Positions 61,462 to 64,000 of a stretch of DNA of 64,000 bases are shown here, in pieces. A program made the position numbers and the translations under genes. Source of the DNA: Balanoglossus misakiensis (lineage: Eukaryota > Animalia > Hemichordata); contig CM082577.2 of assembly GCA_040954595.2 (NCBI GenBank), forward strand, positions 10,656,806 to 10,720,805, given 5' to 3'. Within the stretch, counting starts at the first letter, position 1; every line of letters starts with the position of its first letter. The notes under the pieces are model-generated. The model had not been told where the DNA came from. It did not search any database and saw only the letters and a program-made list of their open reading frames with translations.

Positions 61462-62640
61462 TCAGTCCGAATTAGATGTAATACTATTGGAGCTGTCATT
61501 CTTCTTGCTGGTGGCGAGGTGGCAGTCTTTGCCGCTGTGAGGTGTGGCTGTGTTGTTAATTTTGAAACAGCGATAGCAGATGTGGCGTCTAAAACACTTG
61601 TCGCCCCATTCGCATGTCTGGAGGTTGTACTTGTAACAAATATCGCTCTTCTTGACGGCCTGTGTCTTGCCGCTATCAGTGCCTTGTTTGACGGATTTCA
61701 GGGTGTCGGGTGAGAGAAGTTCTTTTTCATAACGGTCGAAGCAGTCTTGCCAACGTAGTTCTGCGCTTTGGATCTTTTCTAAGATGGTACCGTGGAAATT
61801 CAGTACGTCTGACCAATCGTGCTTATGAGCGAGTCTCATTAAGTTCTGGAGATGCCGTGATCTGGGAGCGCGTTCCTCCGACGAGATGGGCAGGTAGACG
61901 GAGTTGAGTATTTCTAATTCACCTCTGACCAGTTGTGCGATGGTTAAGTTGTCGAATTTGGGGACTTTTCCTCCTTTTTCGCGAGGTAGGCGCAAATGTG
62001 GCCATTTCACTCTGGATTCGTCTGTGAAGCTAGGGGCTTGAGAGTCACGAGGGGACTTTCCTGGCTTACCTTGTGACATGTAGCCGATCGGCCATTCAGC
62101 ACGAGTAGACTGTCCGATGGACGTTGGCAATGCGGAGGCGCCAAATGCCGAATTCACAATGTGAGAGAGTTGTGCGTCGACTGCTTGGTTGGCCGCTGGG
62201 TTTTGACGAAGGGTGTCCAGTGTTGGTGGACAGCCGTTGCCCGACGATAAAGGGATCGATGGAGGCGGTTGGATGGGACTTGTGTTGGCATCCCGCACTC
62301 GGAGGGCGGCAAGTTCGTGTTCTAGTTCTGAGATGCTGGAGCGGGTCTGTAATGCACGCTGCTCTCGTTTCTGCAGTAGGAGTTGCTTTTCCTGTAACAG
62401 TTCTGCCTGTCTGGCTTGTAGATCTTCGAGCTGGAGTGAGTCAGTCTGTTCGACGACGACGGATGTGGTGGGAATGGCAGAGCTTCCATCTGCGCCTTGC
62501 GGTTGGGGCACGCCTGTGCAGTTTGGGCCTGGCTGTAATCCAAGAGCGCGATGCCCTTTTACTGCTTGTTTGCAGCCAGAGCAGTTGGGAGTCCGCCTTT
62601 CGGACTGTGGGAGAGTTTCGCTGTCTGAGTGGTCGGACAT
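61462..62640 (-). CDS. DIRS/Ngaro gag-like ORF1, 392 aa
   Basis: Intact ORF with a coiled coil and a C-terminal Cys/His finger (CYKYNLQTCEWGDKCFRRHICYRC...H...C), upstream of a DIRS-type RT. Confidence 0.8.
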   Translation of the reverse strand: MSDHSDSETLPQSERRTPNCSGCKQAVKGHRALGLQPGPNCTGVPQPQGADGSSAIPTTSVVVEQTDSLQLEDLQARQAELLQEKQLLLQKREQRALQTRSSISELEHELAALRVRDANTSPIQPPPSIPLSSGNGCPPTLDTLRQNPAANQAVDAQLSHIVNSAFGASALPTSIGQSTRAEWPIGYMSQGKPGKSPRDSQAPSFTDESRVKWPHLRLPREKGGKVPKFDNLTIAQLVRGELEILNSVYLPISSEERAPRSRHLQNLMRLAHKHDWSDVLNFHGTILEKIQSAELRWQDCFDRYEKELLSPDTLKSVKQGTDSGKTQAVKKSDICYKYNLQTCEWGDKCFRRHICYRCFKINNTATPHSGKDCHLATSKKNDSSNSITSNSD

Positions 62641-63132
62641 ATTGTGACGACAAGCGGCGAAAAAGACGGATTTTTGGGAGAAGTTTTAAGCGAGCGACTG
62701 CTCGGAAAAAGTGACTCTACAAGATGGCGGAAGCCCTACAAAAGTAGCAATTCTCTCCGGAAGGCGGGAAGACGCACTACACAGAGGGCGCCCCAAATTA
62801 CACCCAAGGGGTTGGGCCCACATTTGAATAATAACTCATGATAGGGAGGGCAATATCACGAAGCCTGCACGAGGGATTGTGCTCTCTGACCATAATATTG
62901 ATGGTGCCCGAGCCCGGGTATCATCAATATTATGGTCAGAGAGCACCAGCCCGAGGGCAGGCTTCAAATCGTGATGTTACCCGAGCAGCATGTGTTATTA
63001 ATTTTGTTACGCCGAAAATTTGAACGTACATACACTGCAGAATAGAAGAACGTAGGTTGCGTCATGTCGTACGTTGCTGAGAATGTAAATTGTCTCGATC
63101 CCCCAAGGGCTATACCTACTTCGAACTCGGAT

Positions 63133-63396
63133 AACTTAAACTTCATTTAGCAAGAATTTCGGGTTCCAGGGGAGATGTTGTTTGACATAACCGAGAGCAG
63201 AGTATAATATTTCTCTGATTAGACATATTACACAAGTGTGTTGATGGCTTCAAAATGAAATATTCATTATTCATGGTAAAGTAGCTTGTGAAGCTATTTT
63301 TGAAGTTGTGCTTTTATACTATAATTTTAAAAGTCTCTCATGTCTTATTAAACAGAATAGGTAACCACATATTTTACTCACGAACTGTGTATTATT

Positions 63397-63490
<94 letters not shown>

Positions 63491-63864
63491 TTGTAACAAA
63501 ATTAAGACCAAATGACATGTTAGGTATTCGGCATACCTGTATGGACATAGGGGCAACATTTATTATCTGAAAAGCACTTCAAGTTTAAAGTAACAACCAA
63601 ACTTAAACTTCATTTAGTAAGAATTTCGGGTTCCAGGGGAGATGTTGTTTGACATAACCTAGAGCAGGGTATAACATTTTTCTGATCAGACATATTACAC
63701 CAGTGTGTTGATGGCTTCAAAATGAAATATTCATTATTCATGGTAAAGTAGCTTTTGAAGCTATTTTTGAAGTTATGCTTTTATACTATAATTTGAAAAA
63801 TCTTTCAAGTCTTATTAAACAGAAAAGGTAACCACATATTTTACTCACGATCTGCGTATTATTC

Positions 63865-63922
<58 letters not shown>

Positions 63923-64000
63923 TTGTAACACAATTAAGACCAAATGACATGTTAGGTATTCGTCATACCTATATGGACATAGGGGCAACATTTATTATCT
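63133..64000. repeat. Tandem array of ~470 bp (GA)n-containing units (right part, continues off the window)
   Basis: Same unit as 57024-58690; units start near 63232 and 63700. Confidence 0.95.

Larger units (their letters stand above)
58691..63132 (-). mobile_element. Degenerate, 3'-truncated DIRS/Ngaro-type (tyrosine-recombinase class) retrotransposon
   Basis: gag-like ORF plus RT/RNase H of DIRS type; inserted into the tandem array; no YR ORF seen after RNase H. Confidence 0.85.

Overview
Eukaryotic genomic DNA from an invertebrate metazoan, probably a marine deuterostome-like animal (AT-rich introns, many MITEs); the species cannot be determined from the sequence. Seven intron-containing or intronless protein-coding genes were reconstructed by hand, all on the minus strand. 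In window order they are RINT1 (3' part runs off the window, contains a U12-type intron), KDEL receptor, UBE2I/UBC9, POLG2, an intronless cyclin C, CMAS with a C-terminal HAD domain, and a Roc-COR-DED (ROCO) GTPase whose 5' end lies beyond the window. The last 7 kb hold a tandem array of ~460-480 bp units, each with a (GA)n tract. On the ROCO sense strand each unit carries a long (TC)n tract, then AG, a variable 3 nt, and GTGAGT, which looks like an array of single-codon microexons; this is the most novel signal seen. The array is interrupted by a degenerate DIRS/Ngaro-type retrotransposon that itself contains a nested TTAA-targeting MITE. Many non-autonomous DNA transposons are present (Kolobok-like, piggyBac-like, Tc1/pogo-like, a 1.47 kb foldback, and a telomere-repeat-bearing MITE). 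All exon coordinates were read by eye from splice signals and reading-frame continuity; no database searches were run.
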